A stretch of 64,000 nucleotides of DNA from Octopus sinensis (taxonomy: Eukaryota). A program made the position numbers and the translations under genes. The notes beneath the pieces are model-generated. The model had not been told where the DNA came from. It did no database searches and saw only the letters and a list, made by a program, of their open reading frames with translations. The stretch lies in contig NC_043000.1 in assembly GCF_006345805.1 (NCBI RefSeq), positions 142,724,001 to 142,788,000 of the forward strand, in the 5' to 3' direction. Positions 52,520 through 64,000 of this stretch are shown here, piece after piece (the stretch's first letter is position 1; each line of letters begins with the position of its first letter).

Positions 52520-52917
52520 TAGCGACGCGTGCTACAGTTTAAGCACAAGGACGCGTTAGACAATGTAGGTATACACAGAGAGACATACATACATACATAC
52601 ATACATACATACATACATACATACATACATAATACATACATACATACATACATACCCATACATACACACTTACATACATATATACATACAGATAGTCCGA
52701 CAAGCATCTCAAAAGGGAGAAGACAGCCTCATTTTGAAATTTCTTTTCCAGAGACAAAATAATGTCATCTGATGCATTTAACAGCCTAATCCAGTATTTA
52801 ATAGATATACCTTATCCAGCTTTTAATAATTTAGCTCGTTTGAACATCTTACTAAAGAATAGTGTCCACACGAACAAAGCGGTTTAATGAGGGCGTTCAT
52901 CTGCTTTTGAAACGTGC

Positions 52918-52967
<50 letters not shown>

Positions 52968-53332
52968 ATCTATATATATATATTCAAATATGAATAGAAA
53001 TTAGATGCAACACTAGGTATATAAACAAAGTCGAACACACACAAATACAAGGAGTGTATTGTTAGTTAGTAGGTGGCTGCGTTTTCGGCGCAAGAGAATA
53101 TATCCTCTTACATATATACAAACATACATACATATACATACACATACATACACACTTACATACACATATCTATGCAGATTGTCTGAAAGGCATCTCTTAG
53201 ACCTAAAATACAACCGACCCACGAACTAACAACACATACACCTTGTGTACGTGTGACCGATTTTGTTTACATACATATACTTGTGTGTGTATGTATGTGT
53301 GCGTGTGTGTGTGTGTGCATGTGTGTATGTGA

Positions 53333-53373
<41 letters not shown>

Positions 53374-53795
53374 GGTGGGTGTAAGTAAATAGTTATCATT
53401 CGAGCAGAACCAATTTTCTAAACTTCCAATACTATGAAATTTTAATTTCAATATTATTTTAATTCAATTATACTAAGAGACGTATTGAATTGCACTGCTA
53501 CAAACTCGCTATGGGTTGTCAATTTGTTCAGATAGCAAATACAAGCACAAACGTTCAAACACACACATAACAAAGAAAATAAATACATCACAAATATCAA
53601 GTTGTAAAAGTTCTCGCCAGAAGATCGCAATGGCGTGAAATTTCAGTCATGAAACAAACTTGATTTCAGTTTCAATCAAAATAAAACGTACTCAGCAACA
53701 TATACTGAGCATTCCTTTCTCATTCGCCCGACATAAACCAAGATACGTATACATACGTACATATATGTGTGTATGTATGTATGTATGTATGTATG

Positions 53796-53829
<34 letters not shown>

Positions 53830-54084
53830 TGTATGTATGTATGTATGTATGTATGTATGTATGCGCGTGTGCATGTGTCTGCGTGTGCATGCGTTGTGTA
53901 CGTGTGTGTGTGTGCGTGTAATCTTATTCTACATTCACATGACCTCCTAATTTGTAACACACTTTCGCTTCTTATTGTAAGCGCCTATGTAATCGTAAGA
54001 AACCATAGACATCCACTCCTACCTCACACTCAACCAAGCGAAACATCCAGAATCTATCCACTGATGTAAGAGAAAGCCGCACTA

Positions 54085-54230
54085 GTATTTGCTTGGTCCT
54101 CAATTGCAGACGACTAGACTGGTGCAACGTGAAATGAAGTGCCTTGTTCAAGAACAGAACCTGCTGCCCAGTTCAGAATTCGAACCCATAACCTGACAAT
54201 CACGAACCCAACACTACAACCACTAAGGCA
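54085..54230 (-). mobile_element. Degenerate SINE family C
   Basis: GCAACGTGAAATGAAGTGCCTTGTTCAAGAACA and AACCACTAAG. Confidence 0.7.
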
Positions 54231-54445
54231 TGTTTAAGTATACATTTCCGCTCTATAAACTTCATAGCCTCTGTAAACAAAACCAGTTGCATGTCTACTG
54301 GTAAGGCTAAACTGAATAGCAGCAGGGATACTATCTCAGATTTTTAATAACAAGTTACGTTACTGTGTGTGCACAGAAGTGGGTTGTGTGTATTCGCACG
54401 TGTGGCTGAGTGCATATGCTTTTATGCGTGTACTTGTGTGTGTAT

Positions 54446-54512
<67 letters not shown>

Positions 54513-54989
54513 TGTGTGTGTGTGTATGTAGACATATAAAGACAGAGCTAGATTTTTTTTTTCTTAATTTGAAAGTGGAGCTGGAGGCAAGGAGACAAAT
54601 CCTGCAATGACAGCAGGTGCATAACAACAAATCTGTCTAAGTTACGATTGCGAAAAGAGTGTTAGGAATCAGTTCAAATTTATTTTGCAAGGTACCTGAA
54701 TAAACAACAGCCTTTGGGAAAGGGCAGCTGTCTTCCAGAGAAGCAAAAGAGAGAGAGACGTTATTGCAAATAACATTACTAAGATACCGGACTGCTTCTT
54801 GATAATTAAACCGTAATGTATTTCAGACAACAATATGATAATGTCATTCTGTTGCCGTTCTCTAAGCAAATGCATACATCAGTCGGTGATAAACTTTAGT
54901 TCAGGAGGGGTTAGTTCGTCATAGCTGTTTATCGCAATCTTCAGAGTGGAGTTCGGCTAATGATGGTTACGAATCACTCTTCGCCTGCT

Positions 54990-55279
54990 ATGCTGTTTAC
55001 AGTGAAAGCCTTCATTTACTTATCATATATATATCTAATTATATTTAATTTTTTGTTTTTTCATTTCTCTTTTCTTTTGTTCCTTTTCCTTTTTTTTTAT
55101 TTTTTTGTTTTTCTTTTCCCTTTTACGATCCCTTTTGATCGAAAACCTACGCCACCTTTTATTTTTTTGTTTCCTTTGTTTTTTGTTTTTTTGTTTTTTT
55201 TCATCCCCCAAAAGAAAAGCTCTACCTTGTAACTTGTCCCATCTGTGTGCAGCCCTGTGTGGCCAATAAAGAAACTTAT
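54990..55279 (+). mobile_element. 3' end of the LINE-like element also present at 12613
   Basis: Near-identical terminal ~180 bp. Confidence 0.65.
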
Positions 55280-56230
55280 ATTTAATTATAGATGTTATTG
55301 TTAATTGAGTGCTTAAATATAATCATTCTAGGGGGAATGTACTGTCGTTCAGACTTTTGTGATGTATCTATGTCTAATTTGTCGAATACGTTCTTTCCTT
55401 TTTTAAGACAATAGTCAGTGATTTAAGGAGCCTTCGGCTGCTTGTTCTGGTTGACCAAGTAAGAGCACATAGGACCCTCTATTTGGTTAGTGTGGGCATA
55501 TTGCATAACAATTACAATATAGGAGTCTTTAACTATTAGGCGCAGATAATCCAAATAGACGTATCTGCACACCATAAATCATTATATTTTGTTTCAGTCT
55601 GCTGTGGTTCACTGAAGCAAGAGATATGATTGGTTGCTCATGACGTTAAACTGAAGACATAATATTTTCTCCCAGGGAGGTCTGTCGATGGAAAGCAACA
55701 AATATTTTTTTAAAGTTGATATTAAACGTATCACTTTTTAGTATTGTTGTAGGTTGCTGCAGTAACTAATTCTATTCTACAATACTACTTTTCAAATACA
55801 GTGAATTCACTTCAATAAGTACCTTCAAACTCATGAACACTTCACCTTCTCCCTTGAATAAAATGTTAAAAAAGTAAATTCGATTTTTGTAAGCTAAGTG
55901 GTCACATAGCCATTGACGGGTTACTAACGGCCAAATATCTATTTGCTCTATCGGCACGTACATTTGCAAACTACTCTATGTTATTATGCCCCATTCTGTT
56001 AAGAAGCAAATCGTTTTTTGTTATTTAGGCAAACGTTACTCTTGATATAGAGAGGTCTATCACCAAAGCAGTCGTAAACAGCCAAATACAGGGCCAGATT
56101 CTAATCAGACTATCAACCTTTGATATAATATGATGATATGTTGGTGATGGCTGATCAATAATGACTGAGAAGGTTCAATACTGACCATTACCCATTTAAA
56201 ATGCCAGCAATGATTGTGCATGAGGTTATT

Positions 56231-56330
56231 GCATCAGCAATAGGTTTCACCCGGGTTCATGTTCGCTGCTTCCATGCTCGCCGCGACGCCCTACTACTCA
56301 ACGTGGGGATCTTATACTTGCCACGCCGGT
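56231..56330 (-). pseudogene. Possible decayed 28S rRNA fragment
   Basis: + strand TGCA...CACCCGGG...GCTTC.A.GCTC.CCGC...GCCCT.CTACTC resembles, from memory, antisense eukaryotic LSU rRNA; divergent. Confidence 0.35.
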
Positions 56331-56904
56331 GATTCCACTACCTAAAATTTTAGGTCCAATTAGCCTTGAACAGAATGTCACAGACTCTCCATTCTACTGG
56401 CATGTTCCAAAGTCAAGCCAGGGCAAGATATCCAGCGTCCATATGGATCGCAGCTCAGAGGCGTGGGGGTGCCATGATCTCAAGCGCAGGCAAAAAATCC
56501 TCTAAATGTGCAATACCATTCTCTGCATAGCTAGTTCTATATCAGAGTGACTTTCTCCCAGTGACATGATTTAAAAGAAGATAAAGCGTGCCTCACTCTC
56601 CGTGGTCTTCCACCACTCTGCACAACTACTGAATTTTTTTAGATCCTGTGCAATTGCTGGATATCCGTGGAGCCTACATTAGGTTCACCCGACCTAATCA
56701 CTGGTCGCATATTTAATCCTGCTGGGTTACTTGAAACACTCCTCGCAAGACAACCTTAGTTGCAGCGACCAATCTAGTCACCAACGACTCACAATAAGTT
56801 GTACTGAATTTCATATTACCAGTAACACTAATGACTGACCCCACAAGTGACTTGACATGCGCGTGATATATATATATATATTCTATTATTCTTTTGCTTT
56901 TTAT

Positions 56905-57135
56905 TGGCGGCGAGCTGGCAGAAACGTTAGCACGCCGGGCGAAATGCGTAGCCGTATTTAGTCTGCCGTTGCGTTCTGGGTTCAAATTCCGCCGAGGTCG
57001 ACTTTGCCTTTCATCTTTTCGGGGTCGATAAATTAAGTACCAGTTACGCACTGGGGTCGATGTAATCGACTTAATCCGTTTGTCTGTCCTTGTTTGTCCC
57101 CTCTATGTTTAGCCCCTTGTGGGTAGTAAAGAAAT
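56905..57135 (+). mobile_element. SINE family A, full length, inserted in the tail of a SINE B
   Basis: 16-bp TSD TATTATTCTTTTGCTT on both sides. Confidence 0.95.
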
Positions 57136-57139
57136 ATAT

Positions 57140-57500
57140 TATTCTTTTGCTTGTTTGAGTCATTTGACTGCAGCCAGCCTGGAGCACCATCTTGAAGGGT
57201 CTTAGTCGAACAAATTGATCCCAGGAATTTTTATAGCCTAATACTTATTCTAGCGGTCTCTTTTGTCGAAACGTTACGTTACGGAGGCGTAAACTCACCA
57301 ACACCAGTTGTCAAGTGGTGATGGTGAGACAAGCACAGACAGAAAGACATACACACACACACACATATACACATGTATACGACGGGCTTCTTTCAGTTAC
57401 CGTCTGCCAAATCGACTCAGAAGGCTTTAGTAGGCCCGCAGCTATATTAGAAGACAATTGCTCAAGGTGCCACGTAGTGGGACACAATCCGACACCATAT
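57140..57500 (-). mobile_element. SINE family B, diverged
   Basis: Family B body. Confidence 0.85.
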
Positions 57501-59539
57501 GGCTTACCTCTCTCTCTCTCTCTCTGCCTTTCTCTCTCTCTCTTGCCTTTCTCTTTACCCTCTCTGTTACTCTCATATTTGCTTGTTACAAAAACAGCGA
57601 CTACGTGTTCGCTTGAAATATTTATATTGCGAGCAGAAGCAAGTTACTGCCAACTATAGCAGACAAGGTACTGAAGTGTGGCAGAAAGAGCACAAAACCA
57701 GAACTGGTCTGCTGGTACCGTCGCTTGATAGTGGTAGATGTTCTCTCCCTTGCTCGCAATTTTTCAGATGCAGCTCTGCATCGTTAACCAGCTAGAGGAG
57801 ATCCACTTGGAGTTAAAAAATCGCAGTAGGTTCCGTTCAAACAGACAGCCATGTTGAAGTGGCCACGAATATTATTTATTAGTACAATTACTACGTTGAT
57901 TTTTTAGAGAGATTTTAGAACTAGCATTTTTGTTTATTCAAAATCCTTTCTCAAATTTCAAAGATCCCACATCCTACCTCTCATCCATTGTATTTACTTG
58001 CTCTTTTTTCTCTCTACAACCTCGATTCATTTACGAATGCGTAGTCTAAGTTTTGCTGTCATGACATATGTTAGTAAACATAATCTGAAACGTATGAAAG
58101 CAATATAGATCCCTTTGAGCAGGAAGACCAGATCAAAGTAATTTCCTGTTTTATAACTTACAATTTTTCTTTTAAATGTTATTTATTTTGTTCAAAGGTG
58201 TGAAAAGATATACATCAGACAAATATTGTTCTAAATATAAGAAAAAGACAATATATGCGTCTGTACCATTTTTACAAGAAGTAGGTTGCTAAAAACTTTG
58301 AACTTTCCAATAAATCGCCTTTGTTTGAAGACAGCAACTAAGTCGATATTCGAAGTCCCAGTCAAACATTTCTTTATTTAAAAAATGTGATGCTCTACTT
58401 GCGGGTACTAAGAGATCTTTCAATAAATATTTGACCGATTGCTTATAAGACTCTACATAAAGACAAACATAAAGACAATAAATATTGATTGTCGCAGATA
58501 CATTAATAAACACACAAACGCTCACAAACATGTATGTGTATGTATGTGTGTATATATACGTGTGTTTGCGTGTGTTTTTGTGTGTGTCTATGTATGTATG
58601 AATGTATGTATATAGATATATATATACACATACACATATTTAAGATATATATATGTGTATGTATATATATATATATATATTCCAATGTATACATATATAT
58701 ACATATATATATATGTGTGTATATATAGGTATATATATGTGGATGGATATATATATACACATACACATGCACATATATTCATGTGTGTGTGTGAATACGT
58801 GCTTACTTAAAGTCCAAAAGAAGAAAATGCTTTGAGAGCTTCATCATGAATTGAAGAAGAAAAATATGACATCGGTTTCAATTGTTTAAGACGATTTAGT
58901 CATGCAATAAGAAAGGAGAAAATCAGTTGAATTAAATCAAATTGGTATTTCATAATAGCAGAGTCAAATATTTACATGTTTTTCTTCTGAAATTTAAATA
59001 GTAGCGAATTTGGTTGCCAGTTGTCAGCATTTCTATTAGCTCAGACTCAATGCATTATAATTTAGCTTTATGCTAAAGTGTGAGATACACCGGTTATAAA
59101 GATAAATCCATCACACATTAAGCAAGGAAAAGTGAGTTATCTTCTTTTCCTTGTGGCTAATACGAAGGAAATTATGCGACGCATGTAGCTCAAATTTTTG
59201 AGAAACACAGCTTTTCCAACGAAGTTAACCTCTCCCCAGCTTCTTTAAGTATGGCCTGAAGATTAACATGAGCGTGGAGAAGAAAGCGTAGCACTCCAGT
59301 AAGTTTTGATACAGGAAAGTGAGGGTCATGCAATTGGCTTACCGGAATGGACCTTTGCTATGCCATTGTTGGTTGGTAGAAAGAATGGGAGAAACATTTA
59401 CCCTTGATGCCTCAGGATAGTTGCGGGTTTTGTACTGGGTGCCCCGAATACATTATCCGTTTGTCTTCCAGTTTGAGTTTCCATTCTTGTCAAATTATAT
59501 TGAATTTATATTTTAATTTTTGTTTCTATTTTTACATAT

Positions 59540-59768
59540 ATTTCTTTACTACCCACAAGGGGCTAAACATAGAGGGGACAAACAAGGACAGACAAAAGGA
59601 TTAAGGCGATTACATCGACCCAGTGCGAAATTGGTACTTTATTTATCGACCCCGAGAGGATGAAAGGCAAAGTCGACCTCGGCGGAATTTGAACTCAGAA
59701 CGTAACGACAGACGAAATACCGCTAAGCATTTCGCCCGGCGCGCTAACGTTTCTGCCAGCTCGCCGCC
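59540..59768 (-). mobile_element. SINE family A, full length
   Basis: Family A consensus; TATTTTTACATA-like TSD. Confidence 0.95.
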
Positions 59769-59817
59769 TATATTTTTTACATAGTTGTTGCTTTTCAGAT
59801 TTCTGCACTATTTGTTA

Positions 59818-59836
59818 CTATTGTTGTTGTTGTTGT

Positions 59837-59898
<62 letters not shown>

Positions 59899-59905
59899 GC
59901 TGTTG

Positions 59906-59937
<32 letters not shown>

Positions 59938-59980
59938 GGTGGTGGTGGTGGTGGTGGTGGTGGTGGTGGTGGTGGTGGTA
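59818..59980. repeat. (GTT)n(GGT)n compound microsatellite
   Basis: Direct read. Confidence 0.98.
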
Positions 59981-61730
59981 GTGTTGCTGCTGCTTCAGCT
60001 ACTGTTGCTGCTGTCGACATTATTATTATTACCCAAATGACAAGGAAACGAACCAAATGTTTCTTGTGCTGATTTTGTTTCTTCACATTTCTTAGTTCAA
60101 ATCCCTACGGCGTCTACCTTAACTTCCATCTTCCAGGTGTCGCCAGAGAATTCTTCATAACTTTGCTCTCCATCTCTCTCACCACAGAAGCAATGATTTA
60201 TGCCAAATTTATAAAATCCAATATTATTGCAGGTGAGGTTAGTTATTTTACATTTTTATGTCCTTGCAGCTATTCTAGATATTTCTTTTGTATCTTCCAC
60301 TTTATGAATCTGTAGAAAACGTGTTAACTGGTTAATAAATAAAATTTTGAAGACAAGTCATATCATAAATTTAGATTAAAGTTCTAGTTACTCTCATCCT
60401 CATAAACACGTAATATAACATCTTGCCTATTCTTATTATATCATCATCATCATTCACATAATCATATATATTCAATATTTCTACAATAGAAAATGTACTT
60501 AGAGAATGGAAACAAAAAATATTATTATTAATGATAAGAATTTCTAACTTTGGTACCAGACAAACAGTGATATACGACCTAAAATCTATTATATATTTCG
60601 CTTTGATGTAAATACAAAAATATTTAAGAATTGGAGGCGCGTCCTTTGACTTCGCGTTTCTTGGTTCTTGTATATTAAACAAAATATTAACAACAACGCT
60701 AATAATTATTACGATGCCTCTGACACCGTCTCCACAATATACCTTTCTCTAGACATTATCCCCATTTCATTATGTTTCGTTCAGTTTTCATCTACACTCG
60801 CGTGTTTGGTACATTGACAAAACCGCCACCAACAGAGTTCTGAGCAAAACTGGCAATGCCAATGATGAAGGAGTGTTTCGTATTTTATTTTAGTATCGAT
60901 TGTACACATGTACGTACATACATATATATATAAATATTCATATAATATATATATATAATATATATATATATATATACATATATATACATGTATATATATA
61001 TATTCACTTTTGTGCATGTGTGTGTTATACATTTAAAAACGTAGGCGCATACATACACACAGATACTCATTATCTCTCCCTCCCACGTACATACATATAT
61101 ACAGACTAATATATCTATAAATACATATTAATATATATGCTTATATATTTCCATATACATATTTATACATGTGTATGTATGTGTGTATATATATATGTGT
61201 GTGTGTATGTATATACTTTATATCTGTATATATGTATATAGGTATATACGCATGTATATGTGTGTGTACTTGTGTGCGCGTGAGTATTGAATAAAATTGA
61301 ACTCAATGCCATATAAAAGGAATTCGCGATTTACTGAAAATGTCTTCATTTCCAGTGAGAAACAGAGAGGATCTCAAGAATCATAAATTCTCCGAAATTT
61401 ACATGCCGTTAAAGAAAAGACAATTTGTTTGTCTGGGGACAAGAAGAAGGTTATGAACAGTGAATGTCATTGGGCTTTTGTACCTTAACTCCAGCAGATT
61501 TAAAATTCAGGCATAAATATTTTTTTAATAACTTTCGGGAAGAATAGTGGTTTATCAAGACTGAAGGTTTCGGATTATTTTTTTTTATCGAAGAACGATG
61601 GGCAGAAAACAGTTCTTTTTATGTTCCACGCTAGGCGACCAGGGGTGTCGAGTGTGCGAAAAGAATACAAGATTCATAGTATGGAATAGGAAAAATCTGG
61701 GCTACATATGTTTCATAGCAACTGGACGTG

Positions 61731-61919
61731 GTAAAATTCAAGCGAGGTCTATACAGCCTGTTACTCTTCAGGCCAAGGATATCTTGATTAGATTAAAAGG
61801 CTACATTGTCGCAAAGAGGTGCATGTTAACACCTCATTGCGACAACGTAGCCTTTAATCTAATCATGATAACCTTGGCCTGAAGCGTAGCCGTCGATATA
61901 GACCTCGCTTGAATTTTAC
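61731..61919. repeat. Long imperfect hairpin/palindrome (~90-bp arms, short loop), degenerately extending to about 61680-61970
   Basis: GTAAAATTCAAGCGAGGTCTATA...GAGGTG / CACCTC...TATAGACCTCGCTTGAATTTTAC. Confidence 0.9.
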
Positions 61920-63239
61920 TACTTCTAAGGTTCCACACGCTATAAAACCCGCATTTTTTCCTACTCCCTTTCGCATTTTTCCTTCTCCCTTTTGTAGCTC
62001 TTGTGTTTATATATATATCTGTGTGTGTGTGTACATACATACATATATATATATATATGTATGTATATGTATATATACATGTATATATGTGAATGTGTGT
62101 GTATGTATATGTATGTATACACTGCTTATTGTATACGTTGTACTTGTGGTTGCTTATAGGACTGAGATCAGGGTTCTTTAGTTCACTATCGTGCAACAGG
62201 TAAATTGTTCATTTCGAATCATTTCAAAGCAAGATCAAAAACATTTAAATTTCTTCTTTGCGATATATTGTATGCTAACGATGGTGTTCGCATGTAAACT
62301 GGAACAAGCGCTTCAATATCTTATGATCTACTTCTTCAGTACCCGTAAAACTGCCGCACTTACTAAAAGCATGAAAAGGTCAAAAATAAAGTATGCACCT
62401 GTTCCAGAAGATACTAATGTAGAATGCAATATACTTGTCTGAAGGACTGGACTTGGTCTTATGGGTTGTTTTGTGTATCTTATCTTGGCAGTTATGTCTC
62501 CATGAATGAATCCGCAGTCTTAGGGGGGAAAAATTGAAGATTGAGAAGGTTTCACTTACGTTTCGATATCGGGAACGGTAGCGCGGCGGAGCAACGGGCG
62601 ACCGGCGCAGGCCTGCCGCTTACGTTTTGGGATACGGAAAAAAGAGGACGGTAAGGCAGGAACATGAAACCGTTAAGTCAGCTTTACATCTATGTGGCTT
62701 GTGTCTTCACATACCAACGATACATATTTGAGATAGGAAACTCGTTAGGACACTATCAGATTACGTGAGTGATTTCAAAAGATGTGTCTCTAAGATGTAT
62801 ATTAAACAAAAGTTGGAAATCTTTTCCACCTAACACAGAAGTGTTGAAAAAATCAGGTTGTCTTAGTATGGAAGCTCACCAAAATAACTTATGTTTAGTC
62901 ATGTCATCCTTTATGACGGTTCCAGGCTCCTGTAGATAACTCTTATGATATATTAGGAAGCAACCCCAGGATAAACCAATAGATTTTGTGTCATCAGAAA
63001 ACAAAAGCAACTATAAATTCTAGAAATCAGCACTACTCATTGAGAACCTCATTCAGTTAAGAGAAGCGAAAGACGATCTATTACGAAGAAAAATAGCCTT
63101 CAGTTTCAGAAAATTGTAATTGCCCACCAATTAACGAAACATAATACTTAACTACTGCATTATACTATCGAAAGCCACACATGTCATCATGAAATATCAT
63201 AGATCAGGAGACTAACACAGTTAGCTTACATGCATTTAA

Positions 63240-63470
63240 GGCTCCGAGCTGGCAGAAACGTTAGCACGCCGGGCGAAATGCTTAGCGGTATTTCGTCTGC
63301 CGCTACGTTCTGAGTTCAAATTCCGCCGAAGTCGACATTGCCTTTCATCTTTTCGGGGTCGATTAAATAAGTACCAGTTACGCACTGGGGTCGCTATAAT
63401 CGACTTAATCCGTTTGTCTTTCCTTGTTTGTCCTCTCTGTGTTTAGCCCCTTGTGGGTAGTAAAGAAATA
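63240..63470 (+). mobile_element. SINE family A, full length
   Basis: 15-bp TSD TAGCTTACATGCATT on both sides. Confidence 0.95.
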
Positions 63471-64000
63471 GCTTACATGCATTCAGTTCCAACAATATTA
63501 GCAGAGTGCTTATATTGTTGTCCTTATATCCAAATGTGCTACTCGATTAAAGATCTGTTTTGAACGAATGTACAAATGCAGAGCTGCTGCTAGAGTGACT
63601 CTTGACAAGAGTGCATTACACGTGTAACAAAAACAATTCAAATGTAATCAAAGCTTGGTAGTCAACTGAGGACCCATGATTGAAATTCAGTCATTGCAGA
63701 CATATACCTGATGCAGAGATATATTGTCAGAGAAAGAGGAATACAGAGGAAAAGATAGAGATAAAGCAGTGTTGCAATATGTACAAGTGTGTTTGAGAGT
63801 ATATACGTCCGAATGCGAATATGTATGTGCTCGTATATATTTTATATAACTTTATTCGTTTGACTTACGAGACTCCAACCACGTTGGGGTTCCTTGAAGT
63901 GTTAATCGATCAAACTACATACATTACTCATGCTTTCCTGATACTTTTTCCCTCGGTTGCCAAGTGATGAGATATAAAAGTACAAAGATACAAGTTAGCA

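Noticed and set aside
58808-58910. Third hammerhead/pLTR relic (GAAACCGA motif on the minus strand)
   Set aside because: Core and stems too degenerate to support
59130-59400. Tx1/L1 ORF2 C-terminal relic
   Set aside because: Only faint motif resemblance across many stops; needs an alignment
62570-62640. GC/CpG-rich patch as a promoter
   Set aside because: Only about 70 bp with no associated gene; more likely a repeat fragment

Overview
AT-rich eukaryotic non-coding DNA, most likely an octopus (coleoid cephalopod) intergenic or intronic region. This is inferred from the tRNA-derived SINE families and the very high microsatellite density. I found no credible intact host protein-coding gene, and almost all ORFs in the track are microsatellite or repeat artefacts. 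The window is a mosaic of decayed mobile DNA: three SINE families (many with clean target-site duplications, TSDs), REL-type (R4/Dong-like) LINE relics stacked in trinucleotide microsatellites, RTE and L1/Tx1-like relics, Penelope-like elements with minimal hammerhead ribozymes, a non-autonomous Helitron and mariner/Tc1 relics. The most unusual structure is a 4.2-kb minus-strand chimera (5945-10148). It runs from a Gypsy-LTR-like leader through two head-to-tail copies of a pol-less, LINE-ORF1-like gene (RRM-like region + CCHC knuckle), which end at the same tail-less motif, into a Gypsy integrase/PPT/LTR remnant. Other points of interest are an intact U3-A8 minimal hammerhead (17267-17302), a pre-miRNA-sized hairpin (18711-18778), long inverted repeats, a triplicated TSD and a local 450-bp duplication. 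Everything was read by eye, so boundaries of decayed elements are approximate.
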